This document shows, in pieces, positions 48,030-59,443 of a stretch of 64,000 nt of DNA. Under the pieces are notes generated by a model. The model worked only from the letters and a program-made list of their open reading frames with translations. It made no database searches and was not told where the DNA came from. The position numbers and the translations under genes were made by a program. Numbering within the stretch: the stretch's first letter is position 1; the number at the start of each line of letters is the position of its first letter. The DNA is from Candidatus Fervidifonticultor secundus (GTDB lineage Bacteria > Sysuimicrobiota > Sysuimicrobiia > Sysuimicrobiales > Humicultoraceae): positions 190,091 through 254,090 of the forward strand of contig JAVKIP010000002.1 of the NCBI GenBank assembly GCA_031459385.1, given 5' to 3'.

Positions 48030-48968
48030 CTAGGCGGGCACGCGAGGGGTGATGCCGACCATCGACTGCAGCAGGCGGTGACTGACCTCCAACGCCCGCA
48101 GACCGTCCTCGCCCGTCACCAGCGGCCGCTCCTCGCCGCGGACGCACGCCACGAAGTGGGCCAGTTCGGCGCGCAGGGGCTCTTCGCCGTCCAGCGCCAG
48201 ACGCTGCTGCTCGCCGGAGAAGTGGCGAACGCTGATGGTCTCACGCAGGAAGTCCAGGTGAATCGCGCGCTCGGCGGTGGTGATCTCCATCTCTACCGCC
48301 TTCACGGCTGAGACGCGGCTGGCGGTGAGCGTGACGCGGCAGCCGCTGTCGGTCACCAGGTGCGCGACCGCCAGGTCCTCCTGGCTGTTGTGGACGCACA
48401 CACCGACACCCGCGACGTCCACCACCCGGCCGGGGGCGAGCGCCAGCACGATGTCGATGTCGTGGATCATCAGGTCCAGGACCACGCCCACATCCATGAT
48501 CCGGTGCGGATCATAGGGACGCACCCGCCGCGCCTGGATCAGCAGGGGCTCGCGCGCCAGCGCCGGCAACCGCTGGACCGCCGGTTTGAAGCGCTCCACG
48601 TGGCCCACGAGCATGACGGCGTTGCGGCGTGCCGCCAGGTCCACCAGCCGACGGGCTTCCTCCACCGTGGCCGTCATCGGCTTCTCCACCAGTACGTGCA
48701 CGCCCCCCTCCAGGAAGTCCCGGGTGATGGCGTAGTGCAAGCCCGTGGGCACGACGACGCTCACCGCGTCCACCCGGCCGAGCAGCGCCCGATGGTCGGT
48801 GTGGCCGACGGTGCCGTGCCGCAGGGCGCCGGCCCGCGCCTCGCGGACGTCGCGGTCGACCACGCCCACCAGGTCCACCCCGGGCAGCGAGGCGAAGACC
48901 CGGGCGTGGTGCCGGCCCCACTGGCCGAGTCCGACCACGCCGACGCGCACGGGCGTCCGGCCGCTCAC
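48030..48968 (-). CDS. Gfo/Idh/MocA-family oxidoreductase
   Basis: VGVVGLGQWG.HHAR, VEKPM, VGHVERF and DLMIHDID. Confidence 0.92.
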   Translation of the reverse strand: MSGRTPVRVGVVGLGQWGRHHARVFASLPGVDLVGVVDRDVREARAGALRHGTVGHTDHRALLGRVDAVSVVVPTGLHYAITRDFLEGGVHVLVEKPMTATVEEARRLVDLAARRNAVMLVGHVERFKPAVQRLPALAREPLLIQARRVRPYDPHRIMDVGVVLDLMIHDIDIVLALAPGRVVDVAGVGVCVHNSQEDLAVAHLVTDSGCRVTLTASRVSAVKAVEMEITTAERAIHLDFLRETISVRHFSGEQQRLALDGEEPLRAELAHFVACVRGEERPLVTGEDGLRALEVSHRLLQSMVGITPRVPA

Positions 48969-50080
48969 GCCGCCGCTCCAGGGAACGCCCGCACGGCGGC
49001 GACGACGGTCGCGACGTCGTCGGCCGACAGCCCGGGATGCACCGGCAGCGACAGTACCTCGCGGGTCAGCCGTTGCGCGTGCGGGAACACCCCGCCGAGC
49101 CCGCGCCGGCGGTAGGCGGGCGTGTCGGGGATGAGCCGCGGGTAGTAGACCCGGGTGCCCACGCCCGCGGCCGTCAGGTGGCGGGCCAGCGCGTCGCGCG
49201 CCGAGGGCACCTGGATCGTGTACTGGTGATAGACGTGGTGGTAGCCGGCGGGCTCGACGGGCACGCGCAGCCAGCCCAGATCGGCGAGCCCATCGGTGAG
49301 GTGCCGCGCATTGGCCCGCCGCGCGGCGTTGCGCACATCGAGGTGGCGCAACTGCACCAGGCCCATGGCCGCAGCCATCTCGGTCATGCGGAAGTTGTGG
49401 CCGACGACCTCGTAGGCGTACTCTTCATCGCCCCGAGGATCGACCAGCAGGCGCGCCCGACGCGCCACCTCGGGGGTCCGGGCCAGCAGCATGCCGCCCT
49501 CGCCGGTCGTCATGTTCTTGGTCGGGTAGAAGCTGAAGACCGCTGCGTCACCGAAGGTCCCAACCCGGCGGCCCGCCACGGCGGCGCCATGGGCCTGGGC
49601 GCAGTCCTCGATCAGGAGCACACCATGCCGCCGGGCCAGATCCTCGAACGCGGGCACATCAGCAGGCAGCCCGTAGAGGTGGACGACGAGGATGGCGCGG
49701 ATGCCGCCGCGGCGCAGGAGAGGCTCGACGGTGTTCGGATCCAGGTTGCCCGTGGCGGGGTCGACGTCGGCGAACACAGGCTCCGCGCCCACGTGGAGCA
49801 CCGCATGGCTGGTGGCCCCGAACGAGAACGGCGACGTCACGACCCGGTCGCCCGGCCCCAGGCCCAGCGCCTGCAGGGCCACGTGGAGCGCCGCACTGCC
49901 CGATGAGGTGGCGACCGCGTAGGACGCGCCCGTGTACCGCGCGAAGGCCTGCTCGAACTCGGCGACGCGGCGACCGGCAACCAGCATCCCGGAGCGCAGC
50001 ACCTCGACCACCTGCTGCGCCTCTTCGTCTCCGATCTGCGGTCGGGCGATGGGAATCGCCGCCGCGGCCCGCGCGGTCAT
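48965..50080 (-). CDS. DegT/DnrJ/EryC1/StrS sugar aminotransferase
   Basis: VHLYG, EDCAQAHG, FSFYPTKNMTTGEGG, NFRMTE and LSLPVHP. Confidence 0.93.
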   Translation of the reverse strand: MTARAAAAIPIARPQIGDEEAQQVVEVLRSGMLVAGRRVAEFEQAFARYTGASYAVATSSGSAALHVALQALGLGPGDRVVTSPFSFGATSHAVLHVGAEPVFADVDPATGNLDPNTVEPLLRRGGIRAILVVHLYGLPADVPAFEDLARRHGVLLIEDCAQAHGAAVAGRRVGTFGDAAVFSFYPTKNMTTGEGGMLLARTPEVARRARLLVDPRGDEEYAYEVVGHNFRMTEMAAAMGLVQLRHLDVRNAARRANARHLTDGLADLGWLRVPVEPAGYHHVYHQYTIQVPSARDALARHLTAAGVGTRVYYPRLIPDTPAYRRRGLGGVFPHAQRLTREVLSLPVHPGLSADDVATVVAAVRAFPGAAA

Positions 50081-50160
50081 GATCTACTCCTCGTCGGGGT
50101 CGATGGCGGTACGCCCATCCTCTGTAGTAGTGTCCGGGCGCCCCGGGCCGCTTTCTCCTG

Positions 50161-50604
50161 CTACGGGCCGGCGGACTCGGCTTTGGCCTTCAACGCCGCC
50201 AGCATGCTCTCGCAGTTCTTGCGCATCAGGACCCGCACCAGCCCTGCCAGCAGCGTCCCGGCCAGCGGGATCTCGATCTCGTAGTCCACCGCCAGGTGGG
50301 TCCGCGTCCCGTCCGGCATCGCCTCGAACGTCCACGTGCCAGCGTAGTGCGCGAAGTCACCCGACCGCTGGCGGAACGTGCACACCCTCCGCGCGTCGTC
50401 CCACTGGTCCTCTTCGATCCACCGGATCTTGCGTCCCTGGACACGGCCCACCCACTGGGTTACCGTCGCCCCTGGCCGGCGCTCCAGCACCGTAACGCTC
50501 TCCAGGTCGGGCATGAACTCGGGAAACCGTTCGACGGCCTGGGCCAGGGCGTAGACGCGATCCACGGGGGCCCGGATCAGCACCGACGCTTCAACGCGGG
50601 CCAC
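50161..50604 (-). CDS. SRPBCC/START-fold (polyketide cyclase/COQ10-like) protein
   Basis: IRAPVDRVY...VERFPEFMP and F.Q..GDF..Y.G.W.F. RBS AGGAGG. Confidence 0.85.
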   Translation of the reverse strand: MARVEASVLIRAPVDRVYALAQAVERFPEFMPDLESVTVLERRPGATVTQWVGRVQGRKIRWIEEDQWDDARRVCTFRQRSGDFAHYAGTWTFEAMPDGTRTHLAVDYEIEIPLAGTLLAGLVRVLMRKNCESMLAALKAKAESAGP

Positions 50605-50634
50605 ACGGCCCCTCCTTCGCGCACATCGTTCTTG

Positions 50635-50663
50635 ACTATACTGGCGGCCCAGAACAGTGTCAA
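50635..50663 (-). promoter_or_regulatory. SigA promoter for the SRPBCC gene (possibly also degT-gfo)
   Basis: TTGACA-N17-TATAGT. Confidence 0.8.
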
Positions 50664-50669
50664 CGAACG

Positions 50670-51440
50670 TCAACGAGGGGCTGGCTCGTCCGCAGCCGCG
50701 CTCACACGGCGTGCCACCACCAGGAACCCCGTATGCGCCACCATGCGGTGCACCGGCCGGACCGCAGCCCCCTCCACGTGCCAAGGCCGGACCAGCGTCT
50801 CCTGGGCTTCCACGCGGGCAAAGCCGGCCGCCCGCAGCGCTTCCACGGTCTGCTGCACCTGGACGGTGCTGGGCACGTAGGCCAGGAAGATCCCCCCGGG
50901 CAGCAGCGCATCTCGCGCGACCGGCACGACCCGCCACGGCTCCGGCAGGTCGAGCAGGATCCGATCGACCGGGGCGTCGGGAATGCCCGTGGTGACGTCG
51001 TGCAGGCGCAGGGTCAGCTGCGACACGTCGCCCAGGAACCGACGGATGTTCCGCTCGGCGGTGCGCAGGAACTCCTCCCGGACGTCGTAGGAAAAGACCC
51101 GGCCCGTCGGCCCCACCGCCCGCGCCAGCGTCATGGTCAGCGCGCCCGAGCCGGTGCCGGCTTCCACCACGCGCACCCCAGGATGGACATCGGCCAGGAG
51201 CAGGATGAGGCCGAGATCCTTGGGGTAGATGACCTGGGCGCCGCGCGGCATGGCCAGGATGTAGTCGGCCAGGGTCGGACGCAGGGCCAGCAGGCGCTCC
51301 CCGCGCGACGTGTGCACCACGGTGCCGTCGGCCCGCCCCAGCACGTCGTCGTGCCGGATGCGGCCGCCGCGCAGGTCGTAGACCCCACCAGGCTGCAGCC
51401 AGATCAGGTAGGTGCGCTGCTTGCGGTCGATGAGCAGCAC
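50670..51440 (-). CDS. trmI: tRNA (adenine-58-N1)-methyltransferase (start may lie about 12 codons upstream)
   Basis: MPRGAQVIYPKD, EAGTGSGALT, LDLPEPW and MVAHTGFL. Confidence 0.93.
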   Translation of the reverse strand: MLLIDRKQRTYLIWLQPGGVYDLRGGRIRHDDVLGRADGTVVHTSRGERLLALRPTLADYILAMPRGAQVIYPKDLGLILLLADVHPGVRVVEAGTGSGALTMTLARAVGPTGRVFSYDVREEFLRTAERNIRRFLGDVSQLTLRLHDVTTGIPDAPVDRILLDLPEPWRVVPVARDALLPGGIFLAYVPSTVQVQQTVEALRAAGFARVEAQETLVRPWHVEGAAVRPVHRMVAHTGFLVVARRVSAAADEPAPR

Positions 51441-51472
51441 CGGCTCGCCGGGGACGAGGGGCCCGGCCCGGT

Positions 51473-51886
51473 TCAGACCGTCACCTCGCGCGGCTTCACG
51501 TTCTCCTGCACCCAGCGCACGATCTCGGCCAGCGAGGTCCCCGGCAGGAACACCTTGCGCACCCCGGCGGCCTCGAGCCCCGGGATATCCTCCTCGGGGA
51601 TGATCCCGCCGCCGAAGACCACGACGTCGTCGGCGCCGGCCTCGCGCAGGAGCTGGGTGACCCGCGGGAAGAGCACGTTGTGGGCGCCGGAGAGGATCGA
51701 GAGCCCGATGGCGTCCACGTCCTCCTGGATGGCAGCGTTCACGATCATCTCGGGAGTCTGGTGGAGCCCGGTGTAGATGACCTCGATGCCAGCATCCCGC
51801 AGCGCCCGGGCCACGACCTTGACGCCGCGGTCGTGCCCGTCGAGCCCGGGTTTGGCCAGCAGCACCCGCAGCGGACGCGTCATCAC
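51473..51886 (-). CDS. Cobalamin-binding small subunit of an acyl-CoA mutase (IcmB-like)
   Basis: [19 protein letters not shown] and FGGGIIP. Confidence 0.92.
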   Translation of the reverse strand: MMTRPLRVLLAKPGLDGHDRGVKVVARALRDAGIEVIYTGLHQTPEMIVNAAIQEDVDAIGLSILSGAHNVLFPRVTQLLREAGADDVVVFGGGIIPEEDIPGLEAAGVRKVFLPGTSLAEIVRWVQENVKPREVTV

Positions 51887-51892
51887 CGACTC

Positions 51893-51922
51893 ATGATAGC
51901 GCCGGCGCGGCACGAGGGTCAA
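51893..51922 (-). promoter_or_regulatory. Internal SigA promoter for the B12-binding subunit gene
   Basis: TTGACC-N18-TATCAT, 6 nt before the GTG at 51886. Confidence 0.6.
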
Positions 51923-51955
51923 ACCCACCCCGCCGGCGGCACGGGGCGGTGTGCC

Positions 51956-53535
<1,580 letters not shown>

Positions 53536-53536
<1 letters not shown>

Positions 53537-55533
53537 CAGGGTTCGCCTCCGGGGCGGGGCGCATCCGATCCCGCGGGCAGACTGGCTGCCAGCAGTTCGG
53601 CGACGTCGCGCGGCTGCCACCGCGCCTCCCTGGCCGCCCGGCCATCCTCCAACATCAGCATACAGAACGGGCAGGCCGTCGCCACCACCTCGGCGCCGGT
53701 GGCCGTGGCGTGGTCGCTGCGGACGTGGTTGACGCGCTGGCCGACGCGGTCCTCGGTCCAGTACAGTCCGCCGCCGGCGCCGCAGCAGAAGCCGCGGTCG
53801 CGGCACGCGGCCATCTCCACCACCCGCACCCCGGGCAGGGCCCGGAGGACCCGGCGGGGCGCATCGTACTCGCCGTTGTGCCTCCCCAGGTAGCAGGGAT
53901 CGTGGAAGGTGATGCTGGTCGCGGGTGTCGCCTGCGGCCGCAGCCGGCCCTCGGCCACCAGGTGGTCGAGGAGCTGGGTGTGGTGCCACACCTCGAACTG
54001 TCCCCCGAACTGCGGGTACTCGTTGCGCAGGGTGTTGTAGCAGTGGGGGCAGGCGGTCACGATCTTCGCGATGTGGTGCCGCCGCAGGACCTCGATGTTG
54101 TGCTGCGCCTGGGCCTGGAACAGGTACTCGTTACCCATGCGCCGCGCGGGATCGCCCGTGCACTGCTCCGCATCGCCCAGGATGGCAAAGTCCACACCCG
54201 CCCGCGCCAGCAGCCCGGCCAGGGCCCGCAGGGGCGCGTGGTTGCGATCGTTGAGGGCACTGGCGCACCCGACCCACAGCAGCCACTCGGTCCGGTCGCC
54301 GCTGGTCAGCACGCGGACCCCGGTCCCCGCGGTCCAGGCGGTGCGGGTGACGCCCGCGCCGCGGAAGGGGTGCGCACGGGCCTCCAGGCTGCGCAGCGCG
54401 TCGGCCATCGCCTCCGGCATCCGTGCCTGCTCCATCACCAGGTGCCGCCGCATGCCGACGATCTTGTCGATGTGGTCGTTAGTGGCCGGGCACTCCTCCA
54501 CACAGGCGCCGCAGGTCAGACACTGCCAGAGGAACGCCTCGGAGAAGACCTCGCCCACCAGGGCCGGTGTGGGCGCGGCGCGGCCGGCCGCAGGCGCGGC
54601 TGCCGCGCGGTGGAGCTGCCGGCGCAGGTCGGTGTGCAACCGGCGCGGGTCGAGCTCCTTGCCGGTGCTGTTGGCCGGGCACACTTCCACACACCGACCG
54701 CACTCCATGCACGCGAAGGCATCGAGGTGATCCTTCCAGGTCAGGTGTTCGACCGCGGAGACGCCCAGCACCTCAGCGCGCTCGATGTCCACCGGTGCCA
54801 GCGCGCCGCGGGGGCGGGCTTTGCGCAGCAGGATGTTCGGCACCAGCGTGACCAGGTGCAGGTGCTTGCCCTCGGGGATCCAGGTCAAAAAGACCAGGAT
54901 GATCAGCAGGTGGCCCCACCACCCGACTTCGAAGACCGCTCGAATCACGTCCGGACCGGCCTCGCGCAGGCCCTCGGCCAGGCGCGCCGAGAGCACCGCG
55001 CCCTCCGCCCAGGCCGGCCGCTGCAGCGCGATCTGCCCCGCGCGGGAGGCCAGCAGCGTGAGCATGATCCCGCCGATGAACCCCAGGATCAGGTAGGCGC
55101 CCGCCTGGTCCTGGCCTGCCAGGCGGCGGGGGCGCAGCCCCACCCGCCAGTACACGGCCAGCGCCACGCCGGCCAGCACCAGCATGACGAACAGGTCCTG
55201 CACGAACGCCAGCCACGGCGCGTCGCCGATCCACGGGAGCGTCCAGCCCGGCCAGACCGACTCGCCCAGGGCCTGCACGATGGTGGTGAGGAGCACCAGA
55301 AAGCCCCAGAAGATGCACAGGTGCAGCACGCCGGCCAGCGGCCGACGCAGCACCCGCTCGTGCAGCACCACGTGCACGATGAGGTCGCGCAGCCGCACCC
55401 CCAGCGGCGCCAGCGGCACTGGGCCACGGCCCAGCCGGATCAGTTGGTAGATGGTCCAGAGCTTGCGCGCGAAGATCGCCGCAGCGGCCAGGGCCAGGGG
55501 CCCGACGAAGACCGCGCGCCACCACTCGGGCAT
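53536..55533 (-). CDS. Membrane Fe-S oxidoreductase (FadF/ETF:quinone oxidoreductase-like)
   Basis: N-terminal transmembrane helices with His residues, [12 protein letters not shown] and [12 protein letters not shown], then CCG-type domains (VGC, CTG, ACPHC, HDPC, CCGAGGG, ACPFC). Confidence 0.88.
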
Positions 55534-55537
55534 CGGG

Positions 55538-56518
55538 CTACGATGCCTTGAGGGCCTTGATCTTCGCGATGAGCGGCGGCACGATCTCGCGGAAGTCCCC
55601 GACGAGCCCGAGGTGCGCGACGCCGAAGATCGGCGCCTCCGGGTCTTTGTTGATGGCCACGATCGTGCGCGCGCCGGCCATGCCCGCCACGTGCTGCGTG
55701 GCGCCGGAGATCCCCACGGCCACGTAGAGCAGCGGCCGCACGGTCTTCCCGGTCTGCCCGATCTGCCAGGAGATCGGTACCCACCCGGCGTCGGCCGGCG
55801 GCCGCGATGAGCCCACGGCCCCGCCCAGGGCCTGCGCCAGCTCGCCGAGTAGCGCAAATCCCTCGGGGCCGCCGACTCCCCGGCCGCCGCTGACGACGAT
55901 CTGCGCGTCCTCCAGTCCCACTTCGGCCTGCTCGCGCAGGACCTCGCGCACCCGCGCCGGCAGCGCATCGGCGGCCAGGTCCACCGTCACGTCGCGCAGC
56001 GTCCCTGCCGCCGGCGCGGGCGCAGGGGCGTCCAGGGCCCGCGGCTTCACGGTGATGACCGCGGGCCGCCGCCGCACGGCCAGCGTGGCCACCGCGCGTC
56101 CTCCGTAGACCTGCCGCCGCACCACCAGCGCGCCGTCCTCCACGGCCAGGCCGGTGGCCTCGGTGACCAGCGCTCCGCCCAGCCGGTGCGCCAGCCGCGG
56201 GCCGATCTCGCGACCGACGGTATCGGCCCCCACGAGCACGACGTCGGGCTCCACAGCGCGTGCGCAGCGTTCCACAGCGACGAGATACGCGTCGGACTGC
56301 CCGGCAGTCAGCAGGGCGTGCACCACCCGGTAGACCACGCTCACCCCGTGTCGGTGCAGGGCCGCCACCGCAGCGTGCGCAGGCTCCGGGACCAGCAGGG
56401 CCGCCACGATGGCGCCCCCGGCCGCGGACGCCACCGCGCGCGCGCCGGTGACCAGCTCCAGGCTCGCCCGGCTCAGTTCGCCGTCGGCGGTGGTCGCGAT
56501 CACGAGTACCCCGGCCAT
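55538..56518 (-). CDS. etfA: Electron transfer flavoprotein alpha subunit
   Basis: SGGRG, QIGQTGK, GISGATQH and AINKD.EAPIF. Confidence 0.95.
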   Translation of the reverse strand: MAGVLVIATTADGELSRASLELVTGARAVASAAGGAIVAALLVPEPAHAAVAALHRHGVSVVYRVVHALLTAGQSDAYLVAVERCARAVEPDVVLVGADTVGREIGPRLAHRLGGALVTEATGLAVEDGALVVRRQVYGGRAVATLAVRRRPAVITVKPRALDAPAPAPAAGTLRDVTVDLAADALPARVREVLREQAEVGLEDAQIVVSGGRGVGGPEGFALLGELAQALGGAVGSSRPPADAGWVPISWQIGQTGKTVRPLLYVAVGISGATQHVAGMAGARTIVAINKDPEAPIFGVAHLGLVGDFREIVPPLIAKIKALKAS

Positions 56519-56528
56519 GCCGGCCCTC

Positions 56529-57314
56529 CTACAGCAGTTTGAGCTCACGCAGCCGCAGGGCCAGCGCCTCAGCCTGCTGCGCGGGCTCGCCTTCCAGGAA
56601 CTCGCAGCGGGCTGTCTGCTCCGGGATGCGCACGTCGCGGACGTCGACGCCCGCATCGACCGTGGGCACCCCCAGGCTGTCCGCCGGCCAGGTCTGCACC
56701 GGCTTGCGCTTGGCGCCGACGATGTCCTTCACCTTGGGCAGGCGTGGCCGGTTGGCCTCGTCGCTGGTGATCGAGAGCACGGCCGGGAGCCGGGCCTCGA
56801 CCACGTGATAGCCCTCGTCCGCCTGCCGGTGCGCCACTACGCGTCCGTCCTCCACGGCCACGCGCGCGACGAAGGTCACGCACGCGGCCCCCAGTTCCTC
56901 CGCCAGCAGCGACGGTACCACGCGCTCCACCCAGTCGGCCGACTCGCAGCCGGCGAGCACGAGATCGACGCCCCCCAGACGGCGGATAGCCGCCGCGAGC
57001 ACAGGAGCCTTCGCCGCGCCCAGCAGGTCGGGGCCACGCGGGTCGTCCACCACGACGGCCTCGTCGGCCCCCATAGCCAGCGCCAGGCGGATCTGGTCCC
57101 CGACGGTGGCCTGCGGGGCGAGCGCCAGGGCCGTGACCCTGGCGCCGGTACGGTCCTTCAGCTGCAGGGCGACCTCCAGGGCGTTCTCGTCATAGGTGGA
57201 CAGCACCAGGGGACGGCCCTCGCGGACCTGGCGCTTCGTCTGGGGATCGATGGCGAAGTCCCGGAGCGGCAGCTCCGGGTCCACGACCTGCTTCAGGCAC
57301 ACCACGATGTGCAT
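56529..57314 (-). CDS. etfB: Electron transfer flavoprotein beta subunit
   Basis: VVCLKQVVD, DENALE.AL, ALAMGAD and NRPRLP. Confidence 0.95.
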   Translation of the reverse strand: MHIVVCLKQVVDPELPLRDFAIDPQTKRQVREGRPLVLSTYDENALEVALQLKDRTGARVTALALAPQATVGDQIRLALAMGADEAVVVDDPRGPDLLGAAKAPVLAAAIRRLGGVDLVLAGCESADWVERVVPSLLAEELGAACVTFVARVAVEDGRVVAHRQADEGYHVVEARLPAVLSITSDEANRPRLPKVKDIVGAKRKPVQTWPADSLGVPTVDAGVDVRDVRIPEQTARCEFLEGEPAQQAEALALRLRELKLL

Positions 57315-57332
57315 ACGCCCTCCGGCCGCGGG

Positions 57333-58472
57333 TTACCCGAGTAGATGGCGCGCGATCACCACGCGCTGGATCTCGGACGTGCCCTCGTAGATCTCGGTGA
57401 TCTTCGCATCGCGGAAGTAGCGTTCGACGGGATAGTCCTGAATGTAGCCGTACCCGCCGAACAGCTGCACGGCCCGGTGCGCGCACCACATGGCCACTTC
57501 CGCCGCGAACAGCTTGGCCATGGCCGCCTCGCGCGCGGCCGGCTGTCCGGCCGTGCGCAGGGCCGCGGCGCGCAGGGTCAGCAGCCGGGCTGCCTCCAGG
57601 CGCGTGGCCATGTCGGCCAGCGCGAACCGCACCGCCTGGAACTCGCCGATCGGCCTGCCGAACTGCTGGCGCTGCTCGGCGTGGGCGGCCGCCTCCTCCA
57701 GGCACGCGCGGGCAATCCCCAGGGCCTGGGCTGCGATGCCGATGCGGCCGCCTTCCAGCGTCCACAGCGCGATGCGGCCGCCCTGCCCGCGCTCGCCCAG
57801 CAGGGCGTCGGCCGGCACGCGGCAGTCCTCGAAGATCAGTTCGGCGGTGGAGGAACACCGGATGCCGAGCTTCTTCTCGACCTTGCCGACGCGCAGCCCG
57901 GGGCTGGGTTTCTCGACGATGAACGCCGAGATGCCGCGCGCCCCCGGCGTGGGCTCGGTGCGCGCGTAGACCAGGCAGACGTCGGCCTCGACCCCGTTGG
58001 TCACGAAGAGCTTCGTGCCGTTCAGCACCCACCCCCCGTTGTCCCACTGCGCCGTGGTGCGCAGCGCCATGGCGTCCGAGCCCGCGCCGGGCTCGGTCAG
58101 GCAGTAGCAGCCCAGGCGCCGCCCGCTCGCCAGGTCGGGCAGGTAGCGCCGGCGTTGCTCCTCGGTGCCCCACCGGAGGATGGGCTCGCACACCAGCGAC
58201 GTGTTGACGGTCACGATCGTCTGAAACCCAGCGCACGCGCGGGCCAGTTCTTCGTGCGCCAGCACGTAGGCGATGTGGTCCAGCCCTGGCCCGCCGTAGG
58301 CCTCGGGGACGGTCAGGCCCAGCAGCCCCAGGTCGGCTGCCCGGGCGACGATCTCGGCGGGGTACCGGGCCTCCCGGTCGAGATCTGCCGCGATCGGGAG
58401 GAGTTCGCGCGCAGCGAACTCCCGCACCGTGGCCTGCAGCAGACGATGGTCGTCGGTGAGCGTGACCGGCAT
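57333..58472 (-). CDS. Acyl-CoA dehydrogenase (short or branched chain)
   Basis: LTEPGAGSD, NGTKLFVTN, EKKLGIR, GGRIGIAAQ, FGGYGY and IYEGTSEIQR. Confidence 0.95.
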   Translation of the reverse strand: MPVTLTDDHRLLQATVREFAARELLPIAADLDREARYPAEIVARAADLGLLGLTVPEAYGGPGLDHIAYVLAHEELARACAGFQTIVTVNTSLVCEPILRWGTEEQRRRYLPDLASGRRLGCYCLTEPGAGSDAMALRTTAQWDNGGWVLNGTKLFVTNGVEADVCLVYARTEPTPGARGISAFIVEKPSPGLRVGKVEKKLGIRCSSTAELIFEDCRVPADALLGERGQGGRIALWTLEGGRIGIAAQALGIARACLEEAAAHAEQRQQFGRPIGEFQAVRFALADMATRLEAARLLTLRAAALRTAGQPAAREAAMAKLFAAEVAMWCAHRAVQLFGGYGYIQDYPVERYFRDAKITEIYEGTSEIQRVVIARHLLG

Positions 58473-58573
58473 GCGCTGACTCCCGCGCGTAGTTCTGCAG
58501 GCGACCGGTCTCGTTCCTGCAGGACGGGGTCGGGCAGGACCCCGGACACCGCCAGGGAAGAAGACCGGCGCGC

Positions 58574-59443
58574 ATGTCCTGGCTCCTGATCGTCGCGACG
58601 ACGGCCGCTGCGACGGCCGCGGTCCTGGCGGCAGCCGTCTCCCACCGTGTCGCCGCCACGCGCGCGCGCGTGCTGGCCCACCTGCGGCAGGCCGCCCCGG
58701 AGATCACCGTGATCAAGCGCACGCCGCTCGGCTTCGTGGCCGAGGTGCTGGGCGTGCCGGTGGAGGTGGACCTGGCCAGCCTCCTGCGGCGCCGCCCGCG
58801 CGGAGCCGACGGGCAATGGCTCGACCAGCTGCTCGCGGACCTCCGCGCCCGTGTGCCGGCCCCGCCGCCACCGCCGCTGGCGCTCGTGTGCGACCGCATC
58901 ATGCCCCTGCTCCGGCCCCAGGCGCACCCGGACCTGTTCACGCGCTACCCGCCCGCGCTGCACCTGGCCTGGCGGCCGTGCGCTCCGGGCGTGGTCGTGA
59001 CCTACGTGCTTGCAGGCCTGGAGGCGCAGGTGGCGGTCACGCGCGGGTGGCTGGATGCCTGGCGTCTGCCCGTGGAGGCACTCCACGCGATGGCGGTCGA
59101 CAACCTCCGGCGGCAGACACAGCACATCCTGGCGGAGATCGGTGGTCCCCGCATGCGCTACGAGCACCTCGACGGCCTCGACGCGACCCGGGTGCTGGTA
59201 GCGGATCTGGTGGTGCCGCCCGGCGTGCGGGACCCGGTGGCTGCGATCCCTGAGGAGACCGTGCTGCTCCTCGCGCCGGCTGCCCAGGCCGTCGCGCTGG
59301 CGGCGGAAGCCGCCGCACGCCACGCAGCCTCCACCCGGCCGCTGGCGGCCGGACTGCTCCGGCTCACGGCCGCCGGGCCGCTGCCCGCCGGCCCGCTCCC
59401 CGGCAGCGTGCCCACGCCGCCTCAGCGGGCGTCGTACTCGTAG
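58574..59443 (+). CDS. Hypothetical protein with an N-terminal membrane anchor (DUF1444-like)
   Basis: Hydrophobic N-terminus; IMPLLR, YV, W....EALH..A..NL, DGLDATRVL and AAIP pattern. Confidence 0.6.
   Translation: MSWLLIVATTAAATAAVLAAAVSHRVAATRARVLAHLRQAAPEITVIKRTPLGFVAEVLGVPVEVDLASLLRRRPRGADGQWLDQLLADLRARVPAPPPPPLALVCDRIMPLLRPQAHPDLFTRYPPALHLAWRPCAPGVVVTYVLAGLEAQVAVTRGWLDAWRLPVEALHAMAVDNLRRQTQHILAEIGGPRMRYEHLDGLDATRVLVADLVVPPGVRDPVAAIPEETVLLLAPAAQAVALAAEAAARHAASTRPLAAGLLRLTAAGPLPAGPLPGSVPTPPQRASYS

Noticed and set aside
50084..50335. 83-aa ORF overlapping the SRPBCC gene
   Set aside because: Alternative-frame overlap with low-complexity composition and no support.
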